Below, piece by piece: positions 18,615-27,877 of a stretch of 55,081 bases of DNA. Under the pieces are notes generated by a model that ran no database searches, was not told where the DNA came from, and was given only the letters and a program-made list of their open reading frames with translations. Location: positions 1 to 55,081 of IMG/VR virus record IMGVR_UViG_3300029787_000060; one strand, given 5' to 3'. The stretch's first letter is position 1. Each line of letters begins with the position of its first letter. A program made the translations under genes and the position numbers. Source of the DNA: a virus (lineage: Duplodnaviria > Caudoviricetes).

Positions 18615-19613
18615 ATGCCTATAGGATCATCGAAAGCTGGGGTTCTGGGCGCAGGTGTTGTCCCCGGTGGTTCAGAAACATTTAATTCGTCTGGCACGTT
18701 TAGCGTCCCTGTGGGGGTTACTTGCGTCAGTGTCACGGGTTTAGGCGGAACAGGTAATGCAGGTAATGCAGGTCAGCCGGGTGGCGCTGGCGGTGGTGGC
18801 GGTGGTGGTGCTGGAAAATGCGTTCAGAACCAAAACACTTCTCCCATAGTAGTTAATCCCAGTTTTTTTATCGGGCCTAATTTTAGGAATAGAGGCGGCG
18901 GCGCTCCGGGTTATCCCGCTCAGTGCGGTGGTTCCGCAGGAAATCCGGGCAGTACAGGCCAAGCTTCTTCTGTTTTTTGTATTAATTTTGCTGGCGGTGC
19001 AGGCGGTAATGGCGGCGCTGTCGGTAATGATGGTCAGCTAGGAGCAACTGGTGATACAAGTAATTCAAATATAAGTTCTCCAACTAACTCCAGCACCAAC
19101 CCCTCTGGAGTTGGCAATAATGTTAGTGGCACTGGTGCGCCATTATCGGGTCGCGGTGGGTCGGGTTTTGCGGGTACTCCTGATGGCTACGGTGTTGGCG
19201 GCGGAGGGGGTGGTGGAGCAGGGGTAACTAATGCCGGACAAGACGCTAATGACCGTGGCGCTAGGTGTGGTGGAAACCCCGGAGGTGGCCCAAGCGGAAA
19301 CGGGGCATCTAACCTCCCGTCTGGGCCAGCTAACGCGCAGAGCGGCTCAGGCGCAAACGCAGAAAGAGCAGGCGGTGGCGGCGGTGGTGGTGGTGTAGTC
19401 CGCTATCAGGCAGTTCAGGATGCAGTAGGTTTCTTTAGTTCTGGCGCGGCTGGAGGTGGTCGTGGAAACGCAGGTGGTGGTGGTCAACCCGGAAATCCCG
19501 GTCAAGCTGGAAGCCCATCTACATCTAATGGTGTTACTGTTTGTTCGGGAACATCATATCCCGTTACGGTAGCAAGCGGTGGTCAAATTGTTGTCAATTG
19601 GAATCCTCAATAA
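18615..19613 (+). CDS. Glycine-rich tail fibre/virion protein with short Gly-X-Y runs
   Basis: TFNSSGTFSVPVGVT N-terminal motif, poly-Gly tracts, and triplet runs GNAGNAGQPG, GSAGNPGSTG and GQPGNPGQAG. Confidence 0.75.
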   Translation: MPIGSSKAGVLGAGVVPGGSETFNSSGTFSVPVGVTCVSVTGLGGTGNAGNAGQPGGAGGGGGGGAGKCVQNQNTSPIVVNPSFFIGPNFRNRGGGAPGYPAQCGGSAGNPGSTGQASSVFCINFAGGAGGNGGAVGNDGQLGATGDTSNSNISSPTNSSTNPSGVGNNVSGTGAPLSGRGGSGFAGTPDGYGVGGGGGGGAGVTNAGQDANDRGARCGGNPGGGPSGNGASNLPSGPANAQSGSGANAERAGGGGGGGGVVRYQAVQDAVGFFSSGAAGGGRGNAGGGGQPGNPGQAGSPSTSNGVTVCSGTSYPVTVASGGQIVVNWNPQ

Positions 19614-20128
19614 TGGCAAAAAGTAGATTAGATAAAGCGCGTGAAGAAGCCGAAATTGCTCAGACTAAGGCCCGAGAGGAGGCTACAATTGCCTCTATAA
19701 AAGCAGAGGCCGCAGGTCGGGCAAGGGGTCTGACAGTAGGTACGGCTTTTGGTGGAACCACAGAAATCGCAATGCGTGGCAATGATGGCAGGTATGTGTA
19801 TAGTCTTCTTCAACCTGTTGAAGTAATAGAGCTTATACATCAACTATCGGCAAATGTTGGATGTCACCTAAAGCTTTTGCCCAGACACGATTTTGCAAGT
19901 TGGCGAGATTGGAAGGTTACTGAGGAGGAGCTTGCTCACTTTCGTGGTAATCAACCGCTTCCCGGTATGGGCCATCCTCCGCATGTTAATGATATGGCTC
20001 CACATAAAGATGAAGGAGGCGGAGTATTGCCTGCTCCAGAAAATCAGAAAGGCGTTCCTATAGCCTTGAAGGGTGAAGAGAATGTTATGGCAATTGAAGA
20101 GGCTGTCAACAAACGAAGCTCTCAGTGA
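19613..20128 (+). CDS. Hypothetical protein
   Basis: TAATG coupling at 19613 (MAKSRLD...). Motifs VGTAFGGTTEI and PRHDFASWRDW. Confidence 0.65.
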   Translation: MAKSRLDKAREEAEIAQTKAREEATIASIKAEAAGRARGLTVGTAFGGTTEIAMRGNDGRYVYSLLQPVEVIELIHQLSANVGCHLKLLPRHDFASWRDWKVTEEELAHFRGNQPLPGMGHPPHVNDMAPHKDEGGGVLPAPENQKGVPIALKGEENVMAIEEAVNKRSSQ

Positions 20129-20465
20129 GGCCGGAGAATTACCTCAAGATTGGGGGCCAATTTTTGGACTTGAGGGCGTTAAGGATCGGCTAGGCGATTT
20201 GTCTTGGCTTGGCAAGCATTATGAAGATATGGGGTGGGTTGAGGTTGAAGGTGAATTGCCGCCTCTCCCAGCAGAAGCAACTCCATCTGAGATTGTCTGG
20301 CAAAAGGCAAAAGACCTCCTAAAAGATTCTGACTGGTCTATGATTTCTGATGTGCCTATGACAGTTAGACAGAAGCAATTGTGGATAGAATATCGCAAAG
20401 CCTTAAGAGACATTAGGCTTCAACCAAATTTCCCTGAAGTGGATTGGCCTAAAAAGCCTGAGTAA
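20082..20465 (+). CDS. Tail fibre assembly chaperone-like protein
   Basis: C-terminal LLKDSDWSMISDVP...WIEYRKALRDI...FP.VDWPKKP is typical of phage tail assembly chaperones. Confidence 0.8.
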   Translation: MLWQLKRLSTNEALSEAGELPQDWGPIFGLEGVKDRLGDLSWLGKHYEDMGWVEVEGELPPLPAEATPSEIVWQKAKDLLKDSDWSMISDVPMTVRQKQLWIEYRKALRDIRLQPNFPEVDWPKKPE

Positions 20466-20466
20466 T

Positions 20467-21000
20467 ATGGACAAGAGCCTAGACTTCGGACTGCCGCTAT
20501 TCAAAACAAAAGCTGCTGGTCATCAATCTAACAAATCAAAAATAGTAGAGTGTATTGAGTCTGGCACAAAGTACGGAATAGATAGCAGTAATATAAAACT
20601 TTCTAGTTGTGATTGGCATGTCATAGGCGCGAAGAAAGAGTATTGGGAATACAGCCAGTGCGATATACAAAGTCATGTAGAAGAGGTGGCCCGTTCTTTA
20701 AACTTTTCAGAATGGTCAATAAACGATTACTGGTATCAGTATTACAGGACAAATGATTTTCACGATTGGCATGTTCACGGTAACTGCATGTTCGTTGGTG
20801 TTTATTATGTCAAGTTAAGCGCAGATCACCCAAAGATACTATTTAGCTGGGAAGGGAAAGAGTACGCTTCCCCAGTAGAGGAGGGAGATATCATTACATT
20901 TCCCTCCTTTCTTCATCATAGAGCGCCAAAGAATGAGACTGAAGATAGCAAGTTAATAATATCTTTTAATGTTAATTTCAATATTGGCGTTTATGAGTGA
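20467..21000 (+). CDS. Putative 2OG-Fe(II) oxygenase 5 (HxH type)
   Basis: WYQYY...HDWHVH...GVYYV...EGDIITFPSFLHH...KLIISFN. Confidence 0.8.
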   Translation: MDKSLDFGLPLFKTKAAGHQSNKSKIVECIESGTKYGIDSSNIKLSSCDWHVIGAKKEYWEYSQCDIQSHVEEVARSLNFSEWSINDYWYQYYRTNDFHDWHVHGNCMFVGVYYVKLSADHPKILFSWEGKEYASPVEEGDIITFPSFLHHRAPKNETEDSKLIISFNVNFNIGVYE

Positions 21001-21218
21001 AGTACAGGATTAGGTTCAATAAGTCTAGAGGTCAGCCCGGAAGAGGATCTGAGCAGCACGTTTGGAGAGTTCTTCAAGGTGAAGATGAGTTACTTGCCAA
21101 GCATGTAGTGATTGAGGTTCCTTCTCACAGTGAGCAAGAAGGCCCAGACTGGAATATTGTGTGTGATGGAAGACTAATGTTTTTTAAAGACACCGATACT
21201 GTTGTGATATGCAAATAA
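20997..21218 (+). CDS. Hypothetical protein
   Basis: GTGA overlap; YRIRFNKSRGQPGRGS..HVWRV. Confidence 0.65.
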   Translation: MKYRIRFNKSRGQPGRGSEQHVWRVLQGEDELLAKHVVIEVPSHSEQEGPDWNIVCDGRLMFFKDTDTVVICK

Positions 21219-21799
21219 ATTTTTATCGAAAAGATAATTTAAGTTATGCCGTTATAGATGAGTATTTTACTGATGAAGAATATTCGGAAGTCTTGTCAGA
21301 GGTTAGAGATTTAAAGCGTTTGTCTGTAAACCCAAAGCTCACTGCCTCAGCTAAGAATAAATCTGGCGATACGCTGAAGACAGGTAATGGTGTTTTTGTA
21401 GATCAATTGTATCAATGTAATAGAGGCGCATCTCCGTTGCTTCGCACTGGAAGAAAAATATTTGACGAAAAATTATGTGACGCTTTAGAAAAATGCGATG
21501 TCATATTCAACGCTATAAGAGAATCTAATGTAGACACTATGCTTATAAATTATTATTCGCCGGGCGAAGTTTACAAAACGCATAAAGATACTTGCAATAT
21601 AACGGCAATATCTTTAATGGGTTGGGGCGATTTCTCTGGTGGGGGATTTTGTTTCCCAGATCAAGACATAACCGTTAGTTTTAAACAAGGCCGAACAGTT
21701 GTATTCCCCTCATGCGCTAATCATTCTAGCGAACCTATTCAGGGTTCTGATGAAGATTGCAGGGTTTCTGTAGCGCATTTTATGTGGGGAGAAAAATGA
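21209..21799 (+). CDS. 2OG-Fe(II) oxygenase 6
   Basis: LINYY...YKTHKD...FSGGGF.FP...VFPS..NHS...RVSV. Confidence 0.82.
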   Translation: MQINFYRKDNLSYAVIDEYFTDEEYSEVLSEVRDLKRLSVNPKLTASAKNKSGDTLKTGNGVFVDQLYQCNRGASPLLRTGRKIFDEKLCDALEKCDVIFNAIRESNVDTMLINYYSPGEVYKTHKDTCNITAISLMGWGDFSGGGFCFPDQDITVSFKQGRTVVFPSCANHSSEPIQGSDEDCRVSVAHFMWGEK

Positions 21800-21894
21800 A
21801 GAGGTTTTTAAAATTAGCAAAACAAACCGTGATGGTATAGCAATGTAAATCCTAGAGATAACAGATCAGGTGTCATCCTGTGGCGAGGTGTAGA

Positions 21895-22365
21895 ATGGCA
21901 GCGGAGATCTTAGCAGCAGTAAAAATTTGCGCCTCTACTTATCGATTTATAAAAAGTGCTGTGCATGAAGGCGAAGAAATAACAAACATGACCAAGGCTA
22001 TCAGTAAGTTTTGGGATGCCAGAGAACAAGTCAGCATAATTGAGCAAAAAGCAACTAACCAAAGCAAGATAGAAAAATTGTTTGGCGGTAAGTCTATAGA
22101 AAGTCAGGCTTTAGAAATAACGCTTCAGAAACAAAAAGCAGTCCAGCTAGAAAGAGACTTGAAAGAACTATTTTATTGGACAGGTAATGGCAATCTTTGG
22201 CAAGACATGATCAGAGAGCGCACCAGATTAAGAAATATGCGTATCTCTGAGGCAAAAAGAAAGGCAGAAACTAGGGCGCTTATGATTGATTGTTCAATGG
22301 TTGTGGTGTTTTTAATAATATCTGTTTTAATTGTACTTGGAATTACTAGTGCGGTGGTTGAGTGA
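21895..22365 (+). CDS. Membrane-anchored hypothetical protein
   Basis: GAGG RBS before ATG 21895. Coiled-coil body and a C-terminal hydrophobic helix. Confidence 0.65.
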   Translation: MAAEILAAVKICASTYRFIKSAVHEGEEITNMTKAISKFWDAREQVSIIEQKATNQSKIEKLFGGKSIESQALEITLQKQKAVQLERDLKELFYWTGNGNLWQDMIRERTRLRNMRISEAKRKAETRALMIDCSMVVVFLIISVLIVLGITSAVVE

Positions 22366-22592
22366 TGGAACTTACTGGACAAATTGTTTTTGATGTAATT
22401 ATTTTAATAGCGGGATTTTTGGCAGCGTGGGCATACAATCGTGTATATACCTTGTTGGATAGAATGGATTTAGATCTAAAAAAGGTATCTGAAAAATACG
22501 TTGCTAAAGATGATTACCGTGAGGACATCCGTGAAATTAAAGAGATGCTGGGTGCAATATTTAAGCGACTAGAAAACAAGGCTGATAAATGA
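22362..22592 (+). CDS. Small membrane protein (possible holin/antiholin)
   Basis: N-terminal transmembrane helix, then KYVAKDDYREDI coiled coil. Confidence 0.6.
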   Translation: MMELTGQIVFDVIILIAGFLAAWAYNRVYTLLDRMDLDLKKVSEKYVAKDDYREDIREIKEMLGAIFKRLENKADK

Positions 22593-23362
22593 AACTTGAT
22601 CCTGTACTTCTTAATATGGCCTGTAGCTGGGCGATGAACGCCTACAAAAAGCGTAACAAAGTAGATGCTATTCACATAGAGAGCAAGTGGACATCCACTA
22701 CAGTATATGTGGCTAAACGAAAAACTATAGACATCATAGCTTTCAGAGGCACACAACAGGGCAGAGATTGGCTAACAGACGCGCTCGTAGTCCCCGTTCC
22801 GTATGCGGGTAGGCTGTGCCACGGTGGGTTTACTTTGGCACACAAGTCAGTCTGGAAAGAAGTTAAGAAACACATTGATCCCAATAAACGTACTTTAATT
22901 TGCGGTCATAGTCTTGGTGGTGCGTTAGCAGAGCTATCGGCCTCTATGCTGAATGGCAAGCACGACAACATAAACTTGATTACCTTCGGTAAGCCAAACG
23001 TATTCTTTAAGGGCTTTAAGAAGCCAATGACGCTTGATAATCAAATATCTTGTGTGCAGGGCAGCGATATGGTCGCTAGAATTCCCCGACTTTGTTACGG
23101 CCCATCAAGCTCACAGACTATGTTGTACTTCAGCAATACTGGCCCCGATTACATAGACCCTAGCAAAGATACTAGAAAAGCTGATAGAGGTGATTTAAAA
23201 GACCGGATAGCTGACCATATGATGGACGGCTATAAAGAAAGGTTGAAGCTATTCCTTGACGGGCAAGAACGAGAAGCTAAGAAAGTTGTCCCCCTAACTA
23301 AAGGCGAATTAAAAGAGCTAAAGAGGATAGAAGATGAAATCGATTTCCCTAGTGCTAACTAG
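22589..23362 (+). CDS. Class 3 lipase (alpha/beta hydrolase)
   Basis: IAFRGT, CHGGF, nucleophile elbow GHSLGG, TFGKP, acid residue in SDMVARIP, His in DHMMDGY: complete triad. Confidence 0.9.
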   Translation: MKLDPVLLNMACSWAMNAYKKRNKVDAIHIESKWTSTTVYVAKRKTIDIIAFRGTQQGRDWLTDALVVPVPYAGRLCHGGFTLAHKSVWKEVKKHIDPNKRTLICGHSLGGALAELSASMLNGKHDNINLITFGKPNVFFKGFKKPMTLDNQISCVQGSDMVARIPRLCYGPSSSQTMLYFSNTGPDYIDPSKDTRKADRGDLKDRIADHMMDGYKERLKLFLDGQEREAKKVVPLTKGELKELKRIEDEIDFPSAN

Positions 23363-23567
23363 TTTAGTTTTTTTATCAACAGGTTGTACAGTCTCTGAAG
23401 AGATGATAGCCAACAAGCAGCTATACTGCTCCTCTGTTTACAAATCAATCCGGGCAGTTGGTCGGACTGCCACCGAAGTCACTACTGGTATTGCTATACC
23501 AGATGTCTGCGATACGATAGATGCTATCGTGGAGGAAGACACTGTGGGAAAGCCGTCAGAAATATAG
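23334..23567 (+). CDS. Small lipoprotein
   Basis: Signal peptide with lipobox-like LSTGC. Two further Cys residues. Confidence 0.6.
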   Translation: MKSISLVLTSLVFLSTGCTVSEEMIANKQLYCSSVYKSIRAVGRTATEVTTGIAIPDVCDTIDAIVEEDTVGKPSEI

Positions 23568-23605
23568 ATGCCTTGACTAGGCTCTATTTGTTGACGTTGT
23601 AATGG

Positions 23606-24511
23606 ATGATCATATCGCCTGATAATCAGGTTGCAACATACTCAGCAACTCAGCCAAATACCACCCAAACCCTGACGATAGTCCTCTCCTCTGACGCAGT
23701 TCAAGAGTTAGACCTGCCAGAGGGTCAAGTAGTTAAAGGGACAGTATCTGAAGACGGCAAGTCAATAACGCTAGAAACGGAAAACGGTACAGTAAATTTA
23801 GTAGGCAGTTTTGCACAAGTTTCTGGCGAAGATGTAAATGTTAGGGTTAAGTCAACAGGAGCGCCTGCTGACACAGAAGTCAAAGAAGGGCTAAAGACAG
23901 AAGGGCAAGAGCCGACAAGACAGTCCAAGCTAGACCAAGTATTTGAAAATACAGCCGCCAAGGTAGATGACAGCGAAGATGTTGAAAAACTTCTCACAGA
24001 CTTAAAAGCGGCAATAGAAAGCGGTGAAAGCTCTGTCTTTGGCGAGTTAGAACTATTTTCTGATTTACCACCTGTCGAGGTGGACATAAGCCAAGTTGAT
24101 ACTGAGAAAGACTCTTTTTTGTGGGAGGCTCCAGAGGCCAGAGAATCTGAGGAAGCAGCGGAAGGCAGTAATTCAGTTGACTTCGGTGATGGCGAGATAA
24201 ATTCTGGCGAAGAAGAATGGATGGGCTTCGATCAGTTATTAGGCAGTGATGATGATTGGGAAATCAACATAGATACAGAGATAGGCGATAGAGATCACAT
24301 CTGGTTGCAAGGCAGAGTCAGCGATAACCACGGACGTTTTAACATGTGGTTCGACAATGTTGGTACAGCAGCTTACGCCAAACAGAACATCAACGAAGTT
24401 GCTCAGAAAATAGAGAGCTTCGGTATAATAATAGACCACTTGGGTATTGCCCCTTATCCAAGAGACAGAGTAGAAGACCCACCTAAAAGCACTTTTATGA
24501 TCGAGGTTTAG
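23606..24511 (+). CDS. Acidic protein with a FliK (flagellar hook-length control)-like C-terminal domain
   Basis: Low-complexity acidic middle. C-terminal W-x-I-x-I...G...I-x-L-x-G...W...L/I...G-I..D.L pattern recalls the FliK-C/T3S4 fold. Confidence 0.45.
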   Translation: MIISPDNQVATYSATQPNTTQTLTIVLSSDAVQELDLPEGQVVKGTVSEDGKSITLETENGTVNLVGSFAQVSGEDVNVRVKSTGAPADTEVKEGLKTEGQEPTRQSKLDQVFENTAAKVDDSEDVEKLLTDLKAAIESGESSVFGELELFSDLPPVEVDISQVDTEKDSFLWEAPEARESEEAAEGSNSVDFGDGEINSGEEEWMGFDQLLGSDDDWEINIDTEIGDRDHIWLQGRVSDNHGRFNMWFDNVGTAAYAKQNINEVAQKIESFGIIIDHLGIAPYPRDRVEDPPKSTFMIEV

Positions 24512-24994
24512 ATGAGCAAGTTAAAAGGACTTTTGTCCACGCTTGCACCTACAATCGGAAAGGTTGTGGGTAGCAGTCACCCGTTGGGTGGTATGGCTAT
24601 TAAAATTGTGGCTGATAAGCTTGGCGTGTCAAATACGACTGATCCGGCAAAGTTAGAGAAATATATAGAGGAAAACCCTAACTCTATAGAGTTATTGCAG
24701 GAAGCTGAAACAGAGTTTTCTAAAACTTTGGAAGAACGAAAGATAGATTTAGAAAATTTTAAAGTAGAGGTACAAGACAGGCAAGCTGCCAGAGAGATAT
24801 TTGGTGAAGATCCTACTCCAAAAATATTTGCAATTATTAGCCTTGTTGGGTTTTTAGCTTACATATTTTTAGTAACCTTTCGCGCTGAAGATGTAGACGA
24901 TGCTCTGGCTAATATAATTTTGGGATATCTCGGCGGACTTATTTCGGGCATTTCAGCGTTCTTCTTCGGGTCAAGTAATAATAGAGGCAGCTAA
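24512..24994 (+). CDS. Putative holin
   Basis: DRQAARE followed by two transmembrane helices ending FFFGSS. Immediately upstream of the lysozyme. Confidence 0.65.
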   Translation: MSKLKGLLSTLAPTIGKVVGSSHPLGGMAIKIVADKLGVSNTTDPAKLEKYIEENPNSIELLQEAETEFSKTLEERKIDLENFKVEVQDRQAAREIFGEDPTPKIFAIISLVGFLAYIFLVTFRAEDVDDALANIILGYLGGLISGISAFFFGSSNNRGS

Positions 24995-25422
24995 TGGATA
25001 AGTTACTGGCTATGCTAAAACGGCATGAGGGCGTAGAGTCTCATGCATATGAATGCTCTGAGAATAAGATCACTGTAGGTGTTGGTCGTTGCATAGATCA
25101 AAAGGGCGGTATTGGTTTGTCTGATGACGAGATTGACTATCTTTTACAGAACGATATTGAGCGCGTTATTAAAGAACTTTCTTCTGAATATTCTTGGTTT
25201 AACTCTCTGGATGATGTTCGCAAAGATGCGATAGTAGATATCTCCTTTAATCTTGGGCAAACCAGACTCAGGCTTTTTAAAAGAGCTTTGGCAGCGATGG
25301 ACTCTGGCGATTATAAAGAAGCTGCTACAGAATTCCTTGACTCCAGATGGGCAAAGCAGGTCGGAGGTCGAGCGTTAGAGTTGACTGATATGATATCCAG
25401 CGGTGAGTATGCAGATGGCTAA
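24994..25422 (+). CDS. Endolysin, T4-type/GH24 lysozyme
   Basis: LKRHEG...Y.C....TVGVGR, FNLG, EFLDSRWAKQVGGRA. Confidence 0.88.
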   Translation: MDKLLAMLKRHEGVESHAYECSENKITVGVGRCIDQKGGIGLSDDEIDYLLQNDIERVIKELSSEYSWFNSLDDVRKDAIVDISFNLGQTRLRLFKRALAAMDSGDYKEAATEFLDSRWAKQVGGRALELTDMISSGEYADG

Positions 25423-25843
25423 CCCATATATATTTACAGCTACGGTATCCAAAATTGTTGATGGAGACACAATGTATGTTACTGACATCAATTTGGGTTT
25501 TGGGGTTGTTAATCGTGGTGATACTGGGCGGGGTATTTGTTTGCGTCTTAATGGAGTTGATACTCCAGAATCTAGGACAAGAGATTTGGAAGAAAAGCGT
25601 TACGGACTCGCAGCAAAAGCATTTGTCCAAGCGTTCTCTCCGGTAGGCACTGAAGTTACCCTTAGAACCTACGAGAAGGGGAAGTACGGGCGGTGGCTGG
25701 CTGACATTAAGGTAGGAAACAAGTGGTTATGCAAAGAGCTTATAAACAATTATCATGCGGTTCAGTATGAAGGACAGAGTAAAAAAGAAATAAAGAAAGC
25801 TCATCTTGCTAATAGGCTAAAGGTAAATTTAGATGTTGGTTAA
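25415..25843 (+). CDS. Thermonuclease (SNase-like)
   Basis: KIVDGDT, RLNGVDTPESRT, GKYGRWLA. Confidence 0.9.
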   Translation: MANPYIFTATVSKIVDGDTMYVTDINLGFGVVNRGDTGRGICLRLNGVDTPESRTRDLEEKRYGLAAKAFVQAFSPVGTEVTLRTYEKGKYGRWLADIKVGNKWLCKELINNYHAVQYEGQSKKEIKKAHLANRLKVNLDVG

Positions 25844-27680
25844 ATATAAGTTTGCTCCCGGCGTTAATAAGGAAGGCACAGAGTACACCGCTGATAGTGG
25901 GTGGTACGACTCAGATAAAATTAGATTTCGTAAGGGCCGTCCAGAGCAGATAGGCGGATGGCAAAAGTATTCATCGAATACATTTCTTGGAATATGCAGG
26001 TCAATACATGATTGGAAAGCTGCTGCCGCTACTGATTATCTGGGACTTGGAACAACTTTAAAATATTACATTAATAGGGGGGATGCTTATTACGATGTCA
26101 CCCCTATCAGAGAAACCACTTCTGCGGGTGATGTTACATTTGCCGCAGTAAATGGAGATGCAACTCTTACTGTCGCAGATACTGGTCACGGGGCGCAGCA
26201 GGGAGACTTCGTTACATACTCTGGAGCTGTCAGTTTAGGCGGCAACATAACAGCAACTGTCCTTAATCAAGAATATCAGATAGCCACTATCATTGATGGC
26301 AACTCGTATACTATAGAAGCAAAAGATACAAGCGGAGCTGAAGTCTCAGCTAATGCGTCTGATACAGGGAATGGCGGCTCTTCAGTCGTTGGGACGTACC
26401 AGATAAATGTAGGTCTAGATACTTTTGTTCCTTCTACTGGCTTCGGTGCTGGAACTTGGGGTTCCTCAGCTTGGGGTGGTTCTACTGCTATAAGCTCTGG
26501 TAATCAACTAAGACTTTATAGTGAGGATACCTTTGGCGATGATCTCATAATAAATCCCAGAGGCGGAGACATTTATTATTGGGACGAAAGCGCGGGACTT
26601 ACAACTAGGGCGGCTACGTTAGCAAGTAATGGTGCTGCGGTAAACTGTCCAATTCTTTCTCTTCAGATAATGGTGTCTGATACGGACAGACATGTCATAG
26701 CTTTTGGAACAAATGCGATAGGTTCTTCAACATTAGACCCTCTATTTATCAGGTGGTCAGACCAAGAAAATCCTTTTGACTGGACTCCGACAGCAACAAA
26801 CACCTCTGGCGGAGTGTCTCTCCCTTCTGGCTCGTTTATTATGGGGGCCGTCAAGACTAGGCAAGAGATACTTATTTTCACAGATAACAGTATTCACTCT
26901 ATGCGGTTTTCTGGGTCTCCATTTACTTATCAGTTTTCGGTGATAAGTGAGGGTTTCTCTATGGTCTCCCCGAAGGCTGCGACTAGCGCGGGAGATGTTG
27001 TTTACTTTATGGATCGTGGTGGATTCTATGTCTACAACGGAGCAATCCAGAGAATAACTTGCTCTGTTCTTGATTATGTATTTAGCAACATGAATCAGTC
27101 TGAGATATTTAAAGTGTTTGCCACTACTAGTGTAGATTTTTCAGAGGTAACTTGGTTTTACCCAGTAGGTTCTGGAAATACAGAATGCACAAACTATGTG
27201 ACATATAACTTTAAAGAAGACTCTTGGTCTGTGGGTACTCTTGATAGGGGCGCTTGGATTCCTGCTAACACCAGAGACTTTCCAATTGCCGCAGAAAATA
27301 CTAGCGCCAATGCAAACTATCTGTATTTTCATGAGCGAGGTTTTGATGCAGACGGTGAAGCTATGAACTCTTACATTGAGTCAGGCGGAATAGAGCTTGG
27401 CGATGGCGAACAGTTTATGTTTATGTCTAGGATGATACCTGACTTTGAGTTCAAAGGTACGGCAGCATCAGCTTCTATGGCGGTCACGGTCAAGGGTAAA
27501 GAGTATCCGCTAGAGGACGCTCAGACACTGTCCACTTCTACTGTGACATCAAGCACGACTCAAACTTTTATTCGCGCTAGAGCAAGAGAAACTATAGTAA
27601 GGATACAGAGTACAGGCACTGGTTATGGCTGGACTCTTGGTGATCTTAGATTTGATATTCGATCTGACGGGAGAAGGTAA
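25833..27680 (+). CDS. Tail nozzle/DNA stabilisation protein (P22 gp10 / T7 gp12-like)
   Basis: 615-aa beta-propeller-like protein (IRWSDQE, VYFMDRGGFYVYNG, EVTWFYP) directly before the ejection genes. Confidence 0.7.
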   Translation: MLVKYKFAPGVNKEGTEYTADSGWYDSDKIRFRKGRPEQIGGWQKYSSNTFLGICRSIHDWKAAAATDYLGLGTTLKYYINRGDAYYDVTPIRETTSAGDVTFAAVNGDATLTVADTGHGAQQGDFVTYSGAVSLGGNITATVLNQEYQIATIIDGNSYTIEAKDTSGAEVSANASDTGNGGSSVVGTYQINVGLDTFVPSTGFGAGTWGSSAWGGSTAISSGNQLRLYSEDTFGDDLIINPRGGDIYYWDESAGLTTRAATLASNGAAVNCPILSLQIMVSDTDRHVIAFGTNAIGSSTLDPLFIRWSDQENPFDWTPTATNTSGGVSLPSGSFIMGAVKTRQEILIFTDNSIHSMRFSGSPFTYQFSVISEGFSMVSPKAATSAGDVVYFMDRGGFYVYNGAIQRITCSVLDYVFSNMNQSEIFKVFATTSVDFSEVTWFYPVGSGNTECTNYVTYNFKEDSWSVGTLDRGAWIPANTRDFPIAAENTSANANYLYFHERGFDADGEAMNSYIESGGIELGDGEQFMFMSRMIPDFEFKGTAASASMAVTVKGKEYPLEDAQTLSTSTVTSSTTQTFIRARARETIVRIQSTGTGYGWTLGDLRFDIRSDGRR

Positions 27681-27877
27681 TGGCTGAACAAAGATCGGTG
27701 GTGTTGCCAATTGCCCCACAGGAATATGATTACAATAACGAGCTTACAAACCGCAGGACAGTAGAGAGATCTTTCAGGGAGGTTCAGGACACTTTGAATG
27801 TTGTTGCTGACAAGACTGACAAAGATGCCTCTCTTGCCATACGGAAATATCATTTTATGTTTATGGGCGCGAAATGA
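27680..27877 (+). CDS. Hypothetical protein
   Basis: TAATG coupling; LPIAPQEYD. Confidence 0.65.
   Translation: MAEQRSVVLPIAPQEYDYNNELTNRRTVERSFREVQDTLNVVADKTDKDASLAIRKYHFMFMGAK

Noticed and set aside
23540-23602. Possible frameshift extension of the lipoprotein (…CGKAVRNIDALTRLYLLTL)
   Set aside because: The alternative frame is short, there is no canonical slippery heptamer or stimulatory structure, and it cannot be supported without homologs.
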